From Wallemia ichthyophaga EXF-994 (lineage: Eukaryota; Fungi; Basidiomycota), in assembly GCF_000400465.1 (NCBI RefSeq), contig NW_008806277.1:521254-553253 (forward strand): a stretch of 32,000 nt of DNA. Direction: 5' to 3'. Positions 1 through 11,670 of this stretch are shown piece by piece. The stretch's first letter is position 1. The number at the start of each line of letters is the position of its first letter. The translations under genes were made by a program, and so were the position numbers. Under the pieces are notes generated by a model. It was not told where the DNA came from and did not search any database. It was given only the letters and a program-made list of their open reading frames with translations.

Positions 1-1
1 C

Positions 2-500
2 AAGAAACAACAACCCAAAGTGAATCTTGAAAATTGCTTTATGCCAAACCTTAAACATTTGAGTTGCTTATAGGGAGGAAGAATAGAAGGCTTGACGAGC
101 TTGTCAGACAAATTGAAACTGTTTAACTCGAGAAATTTAATTATTTTTGTCAAATCGCGATATGTTTGACCTTGAGAATGGAGCAAAATTGAAAAACATA
201 AAGGTTCTAAATGCCAATGATCTAATTGCCTACGAATTCTACGGCAGTAACCTAGGACATTTCAAGGATCTAATGTCAATGCCCGAAGACCTCAACATCT
301 GTACTACTATGTTTGAAGTAGATATGTGGCATTGAACAAATTCATCGATACATACCCAAGGCTTCACTTTGTTATTGCGCATGGATACACAAATATAAGT
401 CCTTTCGAAGTCTCTAACAAAATGGAACACTTCACACGAAATACTTGCGTTCCTCTCATCCATAAAAGGAGCGTTCTCATGGAGACTTTTGTTTAGAAAT
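2..500 (+). pseudogene. Possible degenerate leucine-rich-repeat-like gene 3' end
   Basis: Short plus-strand frames give LENCFMPNLKHLSCL*, DLENGAKLKNIKVLNAN and FIDTYPRLHFVIAHG, separated by stops and frame changes. An AATAAA lies near 679. Weak; a minus-strand frame is also open for about 80 codons to the window edge. Confidence 0.2.
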
Positions 501-706
501 ATCGGAAGAATTCCGAAAATTCGACAAATAAGTTTAAGCAGACTTGAACGATGAATTTTTCGGCTGAGTTTCTCGGCAAAAGTACCATCTCATTTCACTT
601 CGGAACTTTAAGCTTTATATTACCACCTCAGTTTCGTATTTACGGATAATGAACTGATTTTACGCATTTCTTTCATTTAATAAAATGCTACATAATATTT
701 ACTATG

Positions 707-3700
707 CTAGTTGTCCTCTTCCTCAGATATAAACATCGGGGAGCTAGTGAGACCGTATGAAATCGATGAGCTGCCGTCATCAAATATTTCATTTGCATTC
801 TTAGCATCATCAAACTGGTTCGAATCAATCTTATCTTCCACGTCCTCCTCAATGGCATCACTTTCATCCACATCTTCATTGTCTACAGCTTCGCTATCAC
901 CCAAGCCAGTACTCTCAAGAGTAAGAACCAGTTCACGCTGCAGTCTTGCTATGAAAGCCATCAAATCTTCGTAGCTCAGAGAACAATTGCTGCAAATCTG
1001 GCGCAATTTGGCTGTAATCTGCAAATTGAGCAGTCAGTAAAGCAAACAAGGCGCAGCCCAAGTCCTACAGAGAGAATAGTCTGTTTGCGAGTAGCAATTT
1101 TACGTGCTTGAACGATCACCCTGCAACTATCTTGTGCATTGTCTTCATTTGACAATTCGCCAACAATCCTACGCGCCTCATTCAGAACCTCGACAGGCAG
1201 TCCTGCAGTCTTGGCGAGTTGCAGTCCATAGTGCTGCTCATTAGACCTACCCTCGACAACTTTGTATTGGAAGTCCATTTCATTCGCTGGGTTTACCTCA
1301 GTAGTCAAATGCAAGGTGACGACTCCAGGCATGAATTGAAGATAGGTGGAAAGCTGTCTGAAGTGCGTAGCAAATAAAGCAAATGACTTGCGACGAATAA
1401 GCTCTTCGGCGATCGCGTAAGCTATGCCAAAGCCCTCGGATGGAGTCGTTCCTCGTCCTATTTCGTCTAGTATTACTAGAGTGTTGCAGGTCGAGGCGCT
1501 GAGTATAAGCGATACTGTGGCCATCTCGTGTGCGAATGTTGATAGATTTTGTTCGAGTATGTCGTTGTTGGTTTGACGCGATAGTATGCTATCCATCAAC
1601 TTTATGCTTGCGTAATCTGCGGGTACGTAGCTACCGAGACCAGCCATAACGAGGATCAAAGCCACCATGCGCAGAAACGATGATTTACCTATATTGTAAT
1701 TAGATAAGCACTAAGTGCACCCAGAAAATAGTTTACCTGACATGTTTGGACCCTTTTGTGTATTTTTAGACTTAGACTTATCTAGCATCTACACCTACTT
1801 CAATGATTTGGAAGTGACCAAAGTCGCTAAGAAACACATCATTGGAGACCAGCTTTTCTGACTCGATCTTCTCGAGCAGTGGGTGTCGTGCTGACTTGAT
1901 CGCCAAGGTGTCGGTCTGATCGGGTTTAGCGTGAGGTCTCTCGTATGAACCATCTACCTACAAATTTAGGCTTGACTGAATTACAGCATAAGTAGAGAAT
2001 TGGTTAGGTTAGCATACGCACCATAATCATGAACTAAGTTCTGTCAGCAAAGGATATTGACATGGTATAACACACACCTATAGCAGCGCTGGCGAGCGAC
2101 AACAGCAAGTCGAGCATAGCGACAGCATCGCTCGCTATATATACTGACGATAGAGCCTCAACGACCACATCTCTGATGCTCAAAACACATTCCCTCGAAA
2201 GCATGTAAACCTCCTTGAGACAATCGTTTATCCTTGAATTGCGTTTCAGGAGATCGATAGAGGTGAATCTAATCCTACTTGCGTTGTTCTCTGACGGGTT
2301 TTTGGCTTTGACTTTCGCGCCGTACTTTGCAATATTGATAAACTCTTTCGGCAGATCGGCATCACCAAGATCGGATGTCTTGAGTGTCATGCTGAATGAG
2401 TTGTTGATGTAGATACATGTGATTGGAAGATCATAAGTTTCTTTTGTGATCTCAGAGGTGCGTGCATAAATACTTATTATGCCTACGCGCGTATTGACCC
2501 GTTACGTCAAACAAATCGTCTAAGTTCTCTCTGTATGTTTCTCTGGCAACATCAAGCAGCTCACATTGTTTGGCCTGGAAATTTAGTTACAGTTTCGAAT
2601 TTTCAACATTAAACCCACCTTAATGGCATAAATTTTAGCATTGCGAGCTAACAGACCACCACATCGACCCATATTAACGTCTTCATGGATGTTTCTATCA
2701 ATAGCAGCGACTACTTGACCAAAAGCATCGTCATAAAGATCCTGAAAAATATGTCGGATCGGGTAGATAGACACCGATGAGCTGACGTCTCGCAATTTTT
2801 TCAATAGTAATGACGTCGCGCCATCCAGTGCTGCGTGAACATTTGCGAGAGCATGTATGATAGAACGCATAGTCAAAAGCTGGCTGATGCGCTTTTCGAT
2901 GTTTTGATCTTGTGAGACTGTCTTACTATCATTCTTCGAAACCTGAGTGCTGTTGGAAAAAGAAAATGTGACAGAGGTTACCAACTGCCATCAGCACCTT
3001 ATCAACATCAATATTTTTGAGCGATTTGAGGGATGTTTGAATGGAATATAGAATGTCCTAGACGTGTCAACATACATTAATCAGCCTAGAAAAACCCACT
3101 TCATTCTCGACCAATTCTTTCACTGCACTTAAGCGGTTCTCGATGATGACTCTGTCTTAAGTGTGAAGTTGGCAATTTTCTGGAGATAAATGGCTATCAC
3201 CCACCAGAAAGCGGTTGCAGAATTGAAGATTTGAGCAGGCGTTTACCCATTGGAGTATGGCAGCTGTCAAGAAGGCCTAGTAGGATTGAATTGATTGGAA
3301 GTTGCACCCTATTCTGACCGCTCACTCAGCATTGTGACGCCATTAGTGTTTGTAGCGCTCATAGTCAGCTCCAAGTCTTTTGCGGTCTGTGATTCGATGA
3401 ACATTGTGCCTTCATGTTCTTGGTAGGTGATGCTGAGCGAGTGCGGAGAGTATATGACTGCCTGTACAGACTCGAGATAGCTTGTAAAACCATTAGGTGA
3501 TATTTTGCAAGAGTTAAGGCATATTACCTAAATAGTGCGGATGCAGCGGCTATAGCATAGTACCTTGGGTGCGATGTTTATAGAAATTCACTTAGTCATA
3601 ACATCAACACCCACTTCGCTCTTAAAATCATTAGCGCAGCATCTTTATGGGCGTCTTCCACAATGAATCGCTCAATGTCTTCCAAACCCTTGACATCATT

Positions 3701-4385
3701 GAATTGCTTTCTCTGAATGATATTAGATAGATATGTTTTGTGAAAATCACCCACCTGCATGCTTTTGATGTTAACAGGCTTGTGAGTCTCCAGCAGCTCT
3801 GCGACAAGGAGGCTCTTTGACGACTGGTCTGTAGAAGTCTTCCCGACAGACGTATTGCACACCAAAATAGTGCAAGGCGTGTCTGCCAGATTGTAAGCAA
3901 GTCATAAGATATACCAACAGCACACCCGCGTAAGCTGATATGATGCAAAGTCTTGAGATAAGTCACCGAGTCAGCGATCTACCATCTGTCAGTGGCGAAT
4001 GTCGCAGAGGAGATAGTTGACTTGTGTGAGCGTAATTCGACCGGTGTGGTTGTTGATGGCCGCCAATCCAACCTGGTGGGTAACGTCTCTGCTTTCGAGC
4101 AGGGCTATCGACCACTCGTTGGAGATAGCAGATATTGCGTCATCGTCGTCCATGGCGAGGGAATGCGTGTGATTCTTGACAGATATGGCTCTGATAGAAT
4201 GTGAGGGATCTGGTTGGGCGTTCATCTCTGATAATTTCGTTGATTTCCTGTCCATCTCTGCGAGTTGCTGATTTGAGATGGACGTCGTGAAGCAAGAAGG
4301 GAGTAGACTTAAAGTTGCAATAGCTAGATATTACATTGAAAACTTATTTGAAATACACTTCTAATACTGACGTCATACGCGGCAT
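707..4385 (-). CDS. MSH4: MutS homolog 4, meiotic crossover protein; about 19 short introns
   Basis: Spliced reconstruction gives a continuous frame: IALLESRDVTHQVGLAAIN...IADSVTYLKTLHHI, DYVKPKFTDTLAIKSARHPLLEK, Walker A FQIIEGPNMSGKSSFLR, Walker B VILDEIGRGT, FATHF, and an acidic tail ending at the stop at 707-709. The N-terminal pattern fits MSH4 rather than MSH2 or MSH6. The start at 4385 assumes a GTATGA..TAG first intron; an alternative ATG lies at 4255. Confidence 0.9.
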
Positions 4386-5274
4386 CGACGCAGGAGCCGG
4401 GAGCCGGAAGCAGCGAAAAGACTAAAGCGTTCAGAAGGGCGGGAACTGACTTGTCACTCGAATCGTCTTCAATTTCTACCTGGAAAAGGAGGACAACAAT
4501 TGGTGTAGCCTTAGCGACTTGCACTAAACTAAAACGATTTCAGCAGCAATAGAATGCGCGCTTATAACTTTGCTTATAAAGACTAAGTCTTTTTATTCAA
4601 TGTTCCAGAACCTCTGTAACGCGTGTTGGCCAAATATCGCTAACAGGATATCGCTCATAGCGCACAGACTTCGCAATCCATATTATCCGAGACTTATTTG
4701 TGTAGGCAGATTAGCTTAGAGGTGCAATTGCCGCAGACTAATCCGAGGGATATAGGATCGAATGCTGATAGCGTGATCAAGCGTGGTATGCTCAGACGAA
4801 GAATCCTAGACAGACGACACTTCGGATAAAAGATGGGAATCATGTGATACTTCGATAGAGATCGATGCATAATCAGTTCCAGACGAAGCCGCTGTGCAGC
4901 GACTGATGAATTCGAACGGATGCCGTGCAGCGGCGCGGCGCTAACTAAGGTTGGCCGTGGCCATAGCAAAATTTCAAAGGAGAAAAGAGTAAAGGTAATG
5001 CTTGGATGGCCGGGTGCGTCTCAAAGCCTTAGGATTTATTGGCTGCCTTTTCCATAAATTTGACGGAATTACTTGTTAAGGTTGATTCAGCTTCTTAGGC
5101 TTGATCTTCGGAGACCAAGTGGTTAGATCGCTGAAATTTCAAAAAAAAAAACCCAAAGCGTGGCTCTTGTTTACCGGACAAGCTACAAGATTTTTATTTG
5201 ATTACTGCTTCTGGTTGAGATACGCACTCTTCTGAACAAGATAGTCTGCCGGACAGGCTTTGAATTACAGCTTT

Positions 5275-7538
5275 ATGAATAATATCGAACAGCCTATAAA
5301 ACCACCAAGGACTTCTTCTTTGTCTTACGATATGGTCAGCAGGTCAGGCAAGTCGACGCCTGATTCCAACTCGCTGGCTTCATACACTCAGTCGTTGAAT
5401 TTATCAAGTAATACTCCAACTAGAACCCATCCTTACGCTTCAGAGGACTATTACTCTGGTGATACTATCAGTGCCAGCGATGGGTGCGTCTCTGCTATCT
5501 CTATATACTTTCTCTCACTCCCGCTACAGTCTAGCTTCCATTGACTGTACCCAGACTGATTTCTTTTATAACCAAGACATGCTTGGCATTCCCCAGCCAG
5601 ATAGCGTCCACGTTCCTCTTAATACGCAGCACCCGTACCAGATTTCAAGACCTCCAAGCTTGACTTCTCTTTCTACCTCTGATAAAACCTCTATTAGCTC
5701 CACCAAGCGATTCGAACCTCCTTCTCCCAACTACCCAAATCAGTCCTTTGAACCTCCTCCAAAGTTTTCGAGGCTCGCTCAGTTCAATAAGGCTGCAAAT
5801 GACGTAGTCAATCTCAACGGTGATACAAGCTCTGTTTACTCCAGAGCTTTGCCTCAATATTCTCATCACCCATCTCCCTTGTCTTACACCACCACCGCTC
5901 CGTCTGATCAGGATTTATTGGGTTTGCCTCAGCAATACCAGTCAAACATGCCCTGCTATCCTCCAGTTCCTTCTCCTCAGTATAGTAGCAACATACCTGA
6001 CTACTACAACAGCTCGTACTACCCAATGTCGACTCCCATGTCTCAGACTCCAGGTCCTCAAAACCGCAAGTCTAGGTCATCGAGTGTGTCACAAAATTCA
6101 TGCTATTCGCAGCATTCGAATGTCTCAAACATGTCAAATCACTCAACCAATTCCAGAGTCTACGGCGGTTGGGGAGCTCATCAACCACAGCTCGCCATGA
6201 CCGGTATTCGACAATCCCATGTCCCAGCACCGACCCGGATATCTTCTCTAGATCATACCCAGCTGTTTGCTCCAGATGTTACTCAGATAGAGTCAGATGT
6301 AATGTCCTCGACTCCTATGTCGGGCGTTCTCAGTCCTGATATGGCTTATGCGAGCAGCATTGCAAGCGATGGCGCAAGCCTGTCTGACAGCATGTCAGGT
6401 AGTATGTCTGGCAGCGTTGCTCCAAGTATTGCGACAAGCATGTCTGCCGCATCAGATACCGGTCCCATGTCGATACGTCCTATGCCGATCAGGAAGAGAG
6501 CACAAACACTCGCTACATCTAATCATCCAATGCCTCCTTACCTGCGGCAATCAAAAAACCACCACCCTTCGATACTTGAGACTATGGACAGCAGCAAACC
6601 ACGACCCCGGTCGCGTTCTTCGACGATGAGCAGTGGCGATGACGGTAGCCAGATGACTTCGTTCAATCCGGAATTGAAGGATGTGCTAGATGATATTTTC
6701 TTCCAATTTATGAACGATCTCTGCTCAGACTGTGAGTTTTGATTTTGTTTATTTTTGTTTTACTGACACGAAACTAGTGGGAGCCACGGATTCGCGAGGA
6801 GAGCTAATACACCAGACGCTCATGGCAAAGAAGATGGAAAAGCTAGATCAGCTGGATGAGTTCCGGCCTTTCAAATTCCGTATTCAAGCATTTACGTCAG
6901 CGTTCCAAGATCGCTTGCTCCAGCACAATATTGATGAAGGTATCATGCCGTCAAAGCGCGTAAAAGTATACCTATGGTCATCGCCTTTTATATCTCGGTT
7001 CAACGAGGATGGAAAGAAAGCCAAGAGCAAGGGTAATCATATATGGAACATAAGTGCGAAAAAAGACCGGCATAACAATTGCTGGGTATTTGAAGAATTC
7101 TCGCCTAGGATCACTGGTGAACCGCCCAAGGTAGCGTATATTGGAGTGCCTTGGTCGTTCACGCCGCGATTGTGGGATCCACGGAACTCATTTGCTCAAA
7201 TCAAGCCAACATTTAGCTCTCCCGCACTACCACCTTGGCTCAGTTGGGTATCTAGACCAAGCACGCGAGGAAGTACGCGGGGAGAGATAGTCCACACACT
7301 CACAGGTATTCCCGACGTGACAGCAACAACATCCGAAATAGTAATTGAGGCCACATACGTCTACAATGGCTTACCACACAAATTAAGCAAGACATTCATT
7401 CTTTACACAGCGAATCAGACCTCGTTGCCACTGCAAACACAGCCAACGGGACTGCCAACCATAAAAAGTTCTCCTATCGACACATCAGCACAGGGTCTAA
7501 CGTATTCACCGTCACCTGAGCATGATGAAATGCAATAG
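5275..7538 (+). CDS. Uncharacterised protein: long S/P/Q-rich disordered N-terminus, a basic C-terminal domain and a putative Ig/cadherin-like module; possible transcription regulator
   Basis: Three ORFs (5260-5544, 5459-6742, 6732-7538) join in frame via two canonical introns: gtgcgt..ctacag near 5484-5529 and gtgagt..tactgac..ctag near 6732-6777. The C-terminal block reads GELIHQTLMAKKMEKL..FRPFKFRIQAFT..YLWSSPFISRFNEDGKKAKSKGNHIWNISAKK..WSFTPRLWDP..LPPWLSW..LTGIPD. Confidence 0.8.
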
Positions 7539-7721
7539 GTAGTGATAGCGGGAAGCGTTCACGATGCCTGACACTTTCTTTAATTTGTAATTTTTAAATC
7601 TTGTTTCCTGAATAATGCATACATAAAATTGATAGTAAATCACATAAGCTGTTGAGATATCATTGAAATCGCGTCTCGGCTGAACATTGGTCGCGCAACG
7701 CTCCTTGATAATAACCACCGT

Positions 7722-10700
7722 ATGCAAGTGCGCAACAATTTGGAGGATTTGAGACGCAGACTGGGGCGTCCAGAGGCGTCATCCACGCCACTGTCTTCGT
7801 CGAAAGTGCCTATCAAAATCGACGACGACGAGCCCGTGGCGAGCAGCGGGAGCGGGAGCGTGAGCAGCAAAATAAACAAGGCGAACAAGGTTTGTATAGG
7901 CAGGAGCTAAGAACAATTACACTAATATTCATCATAGTTCAAGCCAGCAGCAGTTACATCTCCCGCAAGTTCCGGCGATCACCATCCAGTTGCGTCGACA
8001 TCGAGGGCAGTGCCCGACTCGCAACAGAAGCGTGCACCGTCTTCGACGCCAGCGCAAGAGCCATCTAATAAGCGTTCACGCCAACAAACCCAACAAATCC
8101 AGCACTCCCAGCCGTATCTGCCCAAAGCCTCGAATGGAACTATCACCTACGCTGACGACTCGGATGATCTTATAAATGATACCTTTACAGGAGATGTCCT
8201 GAATGGCTTGGACAGTCAGGAGCCGCTGCCCAAACCCGTGGAGAAGCTGGAGAAACAAGAGGCGCCTATGAGGAAGGTCCGGCAGTATAATACAGACCTC
8301 GATTCGCTCGAGATGCCCGTAATACAAAACATGCTTTGCACAACGCTAAAGAAGAAGGACGCGGTTATGCAGGAGCTGCTGTCGTTCTATGAAGATGATA
8401 TTGTTGATGGCACTGTCGATCGCGATTATCTGCGCAGTGAGCAGCAGCGACTGCAAGACCGAATTGAAAGTCTAGAGAATGCACTCGGCCGAGTGAAGAA
8501 AGTAAACGGTGTAAGCAGTACGGCAGCGAGTATGCATGGAAGCTCACAAAGCAATGCACCTTCAAAGCAAGTACGGCAAGAATGGCAAGTACGGCAAGAA
8601 AGACAAGAAGAACAAGAGCCGGTGGACGTAGACTCATCACCCGTCGCAACCAAGCGTCCAGCAATGTCTCTGCGGAGAGAGCCCCTTGGAAGTGTAACAA
8701 ACGAAGATCCACCAGCTTTGAGTAGGTCAAAATCTTCTATCATGCCCTTTGCAGACAATATGATGGACCTCGATGGCGTCGACCTGCAAAGCCCAATACT
8801 GTCAGACGAAGATGTGGCAACTTCCAAACATATGCAAGTTTTGCGGAATGCACCGCAGATACAAGAATGTAGCGATATACCCGACGAAGACGATGTCAGT
8901 ATCATGGAGCCATCTCCAAAGCCAACTAACCCACCGCCACCTGCTCCGAAGGCGGAAGATTATCCTAGATATACATGGTCCAGAGACGTAGAGAAGGTTA
9001 TGCATGATATGTTCAAACTGAATGCATTCCGTAAAAACCAACGAGAGGCTATAGATGCGACGCTTGATGGTAGAGACGTGTTCGTTCTGATGCCAACGGG
9101 TGGTGGTAAGTCTGTCTGCTACCAAATACCTGCATGTGTCGATTTAGGAAAAACGCGTGGTGTCTCGATAATTGTATCACCGTTATTGTCTCTTATTCAG
9201 GACCAGGTGCAGCACTTGGTCTCAAGAGACATTCCGTCATACGCCTACTCTGGTGCGACAGCGCTTCCCGACAAGAGAGCCATCCAGGATGACTTGCGGC
9301 GACCTAAACCAGTAACGAGACTGCTGTACGTCACACCTGAAATGCTTGGACAGAGTGGCGCTTTCAAGGATATTCTTCAGCAGCTGCACGCCAAGAGCCA
9401 ACTTGCTAGGTTTGTCGTAGACGAAGCTCACTGTGTCAGTCAATGGGGTCATGATTTCAGGCCGGACTACACGAATCTCGGACAACTGAGAGACGAGTTC
9501 CCAGGAGTGCCGTTTATGGCTCTCACAGCGACTGCCAACGAGCGCGTTAAGACAGACATCAAGAGCAGTCTCAAGATGAGGGGCTGCGTCGAGCTGAAAT
9601 CATCCTTCAACCGCAAGAATCTCTTTTACGAAATAAAACCGAAGCACGGAAAGCAAGTCTACGCTGATATACAAAAACTCATCAACAGTAAGTTCAAAGG
9701 ACAGACGGGAATCATATATTGCTCGTCCAAACGCTCATGTGAAGATGTAGCAAGCAAGCTAAAGCAAGAGTACGGTTTACCTGCTCAACACTACCATGCA
9801 GGACTGAGTCGTGAAGATCGCACTAAAATACAATTGAACTGGCAAAAAAATAGGTTTTTGATCATTTGTGCGACTGTTGCCTTTGGTATGGGTATTGACA
9901 AGCCAGATGTCAGATTCGTGATTCACTTTTCACTGCCTCAGTCATTGGAGGGTTACTATCAAGAGACTGGAAGAGCTGGAAGAGATGGCGAACACAGTCA
10001 TTGTGTGCTTTACTTTGCGTACAAAGATACGACGACAATCAACTTTCTGATCGACAACGGCGACGGTACACACGAGCAGAAGGCAACACAGAGATCAAAC
10101 CTCAGACAAGTCGTACAATTCTGCCTGAACAAGACAGACTGCAGAAGAACACAAGTGCTTAACTACTTTGGTGAACAGTTTGATCCGAGGAAGTGCCACA
10201 AGACGTGTGATAACTGCTTTGAAGGCGTTGGTACAGAGAAGCAAGATGTTACAGAAGAGTCCAAGAATGCGGTGTCTTTAGTGAAGGAGGTGTTTAAAGA
10301 TGGCGTGACGATGCTGCACTGCGTTGATGCGTTCAAAGGATCAGGCGCTGCCAGAATCAGAGACAAGGGGCACGACAAGATACCTTCATTCGCCAAAGGC
10401 TCACACATGGAGAAGGGAGATGTGGAGCGGCTTTTTCAGCTTCTGTGGACTGAGCAGGTGCTTGGTGAACGCTACGAGCAGAACAAGCAAGGCTTCACCA
10501 ATGCATACATCAAGCTCGGCTCGCAGTACCAGCAAGTGTTGAATGGGAAAAAGAAAATCTTCATGACAGTTGGGAAAATGAGCCAGCGCAAGACGAATGG
10601 TGGTAGTGGTGTCGGAGCAAGAACGTCGAGGAAATCTCGCCAAGAGGAAACTGATGAGGAGGAGATTGATTCAGACGATGACCACGACGAGAGCTTCGTG

Positions 10701-11418
10701 CAAAGCACTGCGAAAAATGGAGGATTCACGACGTTCAAGCATCGGTCTAGACAGAACCAGCAGAATCGCATCGATGTTGCTGACTCTGATGAAGAGATTG
10801 ACTTGACGGGTGGGGATACAGCTATCCACAGTAATTGCTTGGAGGATCTAATGCAGTTGAAGATGAAGGTGGGTTAGTGGAGCTTTAGTGTGAGGAGACT
10901 AACAACTATCAGCTTATCAGAAATGGCAAGCCACAGCCGTCGGATGATACGCTCGAGACACTATCATTGACGCTGCCAAATTGTAAGTGGTTGTGGTTGG
11001 TTGTCAAATAACTAACTTCATTCAAGCTTTGAAAGAGATATTCAATACTGAAGGTATTGATGATGACAATTACGATGTGGGGTATCTTGAGGTCACGAAG
11101 AAGTACAACAAGACGAAACCAATGAGTCGTAAACCATCGACGTATGCAGAGTGAGTGGGATGTGCACAATGCATTCAACTTGTTTAGTTGTAGTGCGTCT
11201 TGGGTACCCCTTCTTACACAAACAACAGCACGTCATCGTCAGCTATAACACCTGGATCACTTGCATCAAAATTCTCATACAAAGTGCCAGACACGAGCTA
11301 CAACAACAGCATGACATCAAGCAAAAGCACCACGAGCAAATATAATAAGTCAGACAACAGGAAGTCATCTGGAGGGTCTGGCGGTGGAATCAGAGCAATG
11401 GTTCCAGGGAGGAGGTGA
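7722..11418 (+). CDS. SGS1: RecQ-family DNA helicase (Sgs1/BLM-like) with RQC and HRDC-like domains
   Basis: MQVRNNLE start joins ORF 8010-10877 via an intron near 7889-7936. Motifs: MPTGGGKSVCYQ, VVDEAHCVSQWGHDFRPDY, ATVAFGMGIDKPDVR, YYQETGRAGRDG, Zn-binding CRR..CHKTCDNC. Downstream exons give HRDC-like PSDDTLETLSLTLPNSLKEIFNTEGIDDD. The last splice and the end at 11418 are uncertain. Confidence 0.93.
8567..8600 (+). repeat. Coding tandem duplication in the SGS1 N-terminal disordered region
   Basis: GCAAGTACGGCAAGAA occurs at 8567 and 8585 (period 18), encoding QVRQEWQVRQE. Confidence 0.8.
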
Positions 11419-11670
11419 GATGGTGGAATGAGATAAATTATTGCGCATAAAGAAAGAGAATAAAATTATATCATGTATTTGTAGATATGTATAGAAATTT
11501 GTAACGATTGTGTTGGAGTTAAAATACGAATTAGTCAGGGTTATATTGTGTATGGTGTATTGAGTAAATGTATGTTACAGATTGAGAAAAAATGATGTGG
11601 TATGAAGTTTTGAACCTTTGTAGTTGAGATTAGAATTTAATACGCGAAATCAAGACAAGAGCGCGTGTCT

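Noticed and set aside
4578-4592. AAAGAC-TAA-GTCTTT hairpin followed by Ts, resembling an intrinsic terminator
   Set aside because: The genome is eukaryotic and the 6-bp AT-rich stem is weak; no function can be supported.
4619-4624. ACGCGT (MCB-like box) upstream of MSH4, and a CACAAA core (MSE-like) on the minus strand near 4700
   Set aside because: Single short matches are expected by chance, the MSE consensus is incomplete, and these motifs are defined in ascomycetes.
7258-7285. STRG-STRG 12-nt imperfect duplication in the Ig-like module
   Set aside because: Small local slippage in a probable loop, with no further evidence of significance.
7990-10806. Many short alternative-frame and antisense ORFs over SGS1 (likewise over MSH4, CCT4, MIF2, DED1 and others)
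   Set aside because: Fully explained as shadows of well-supported genes.
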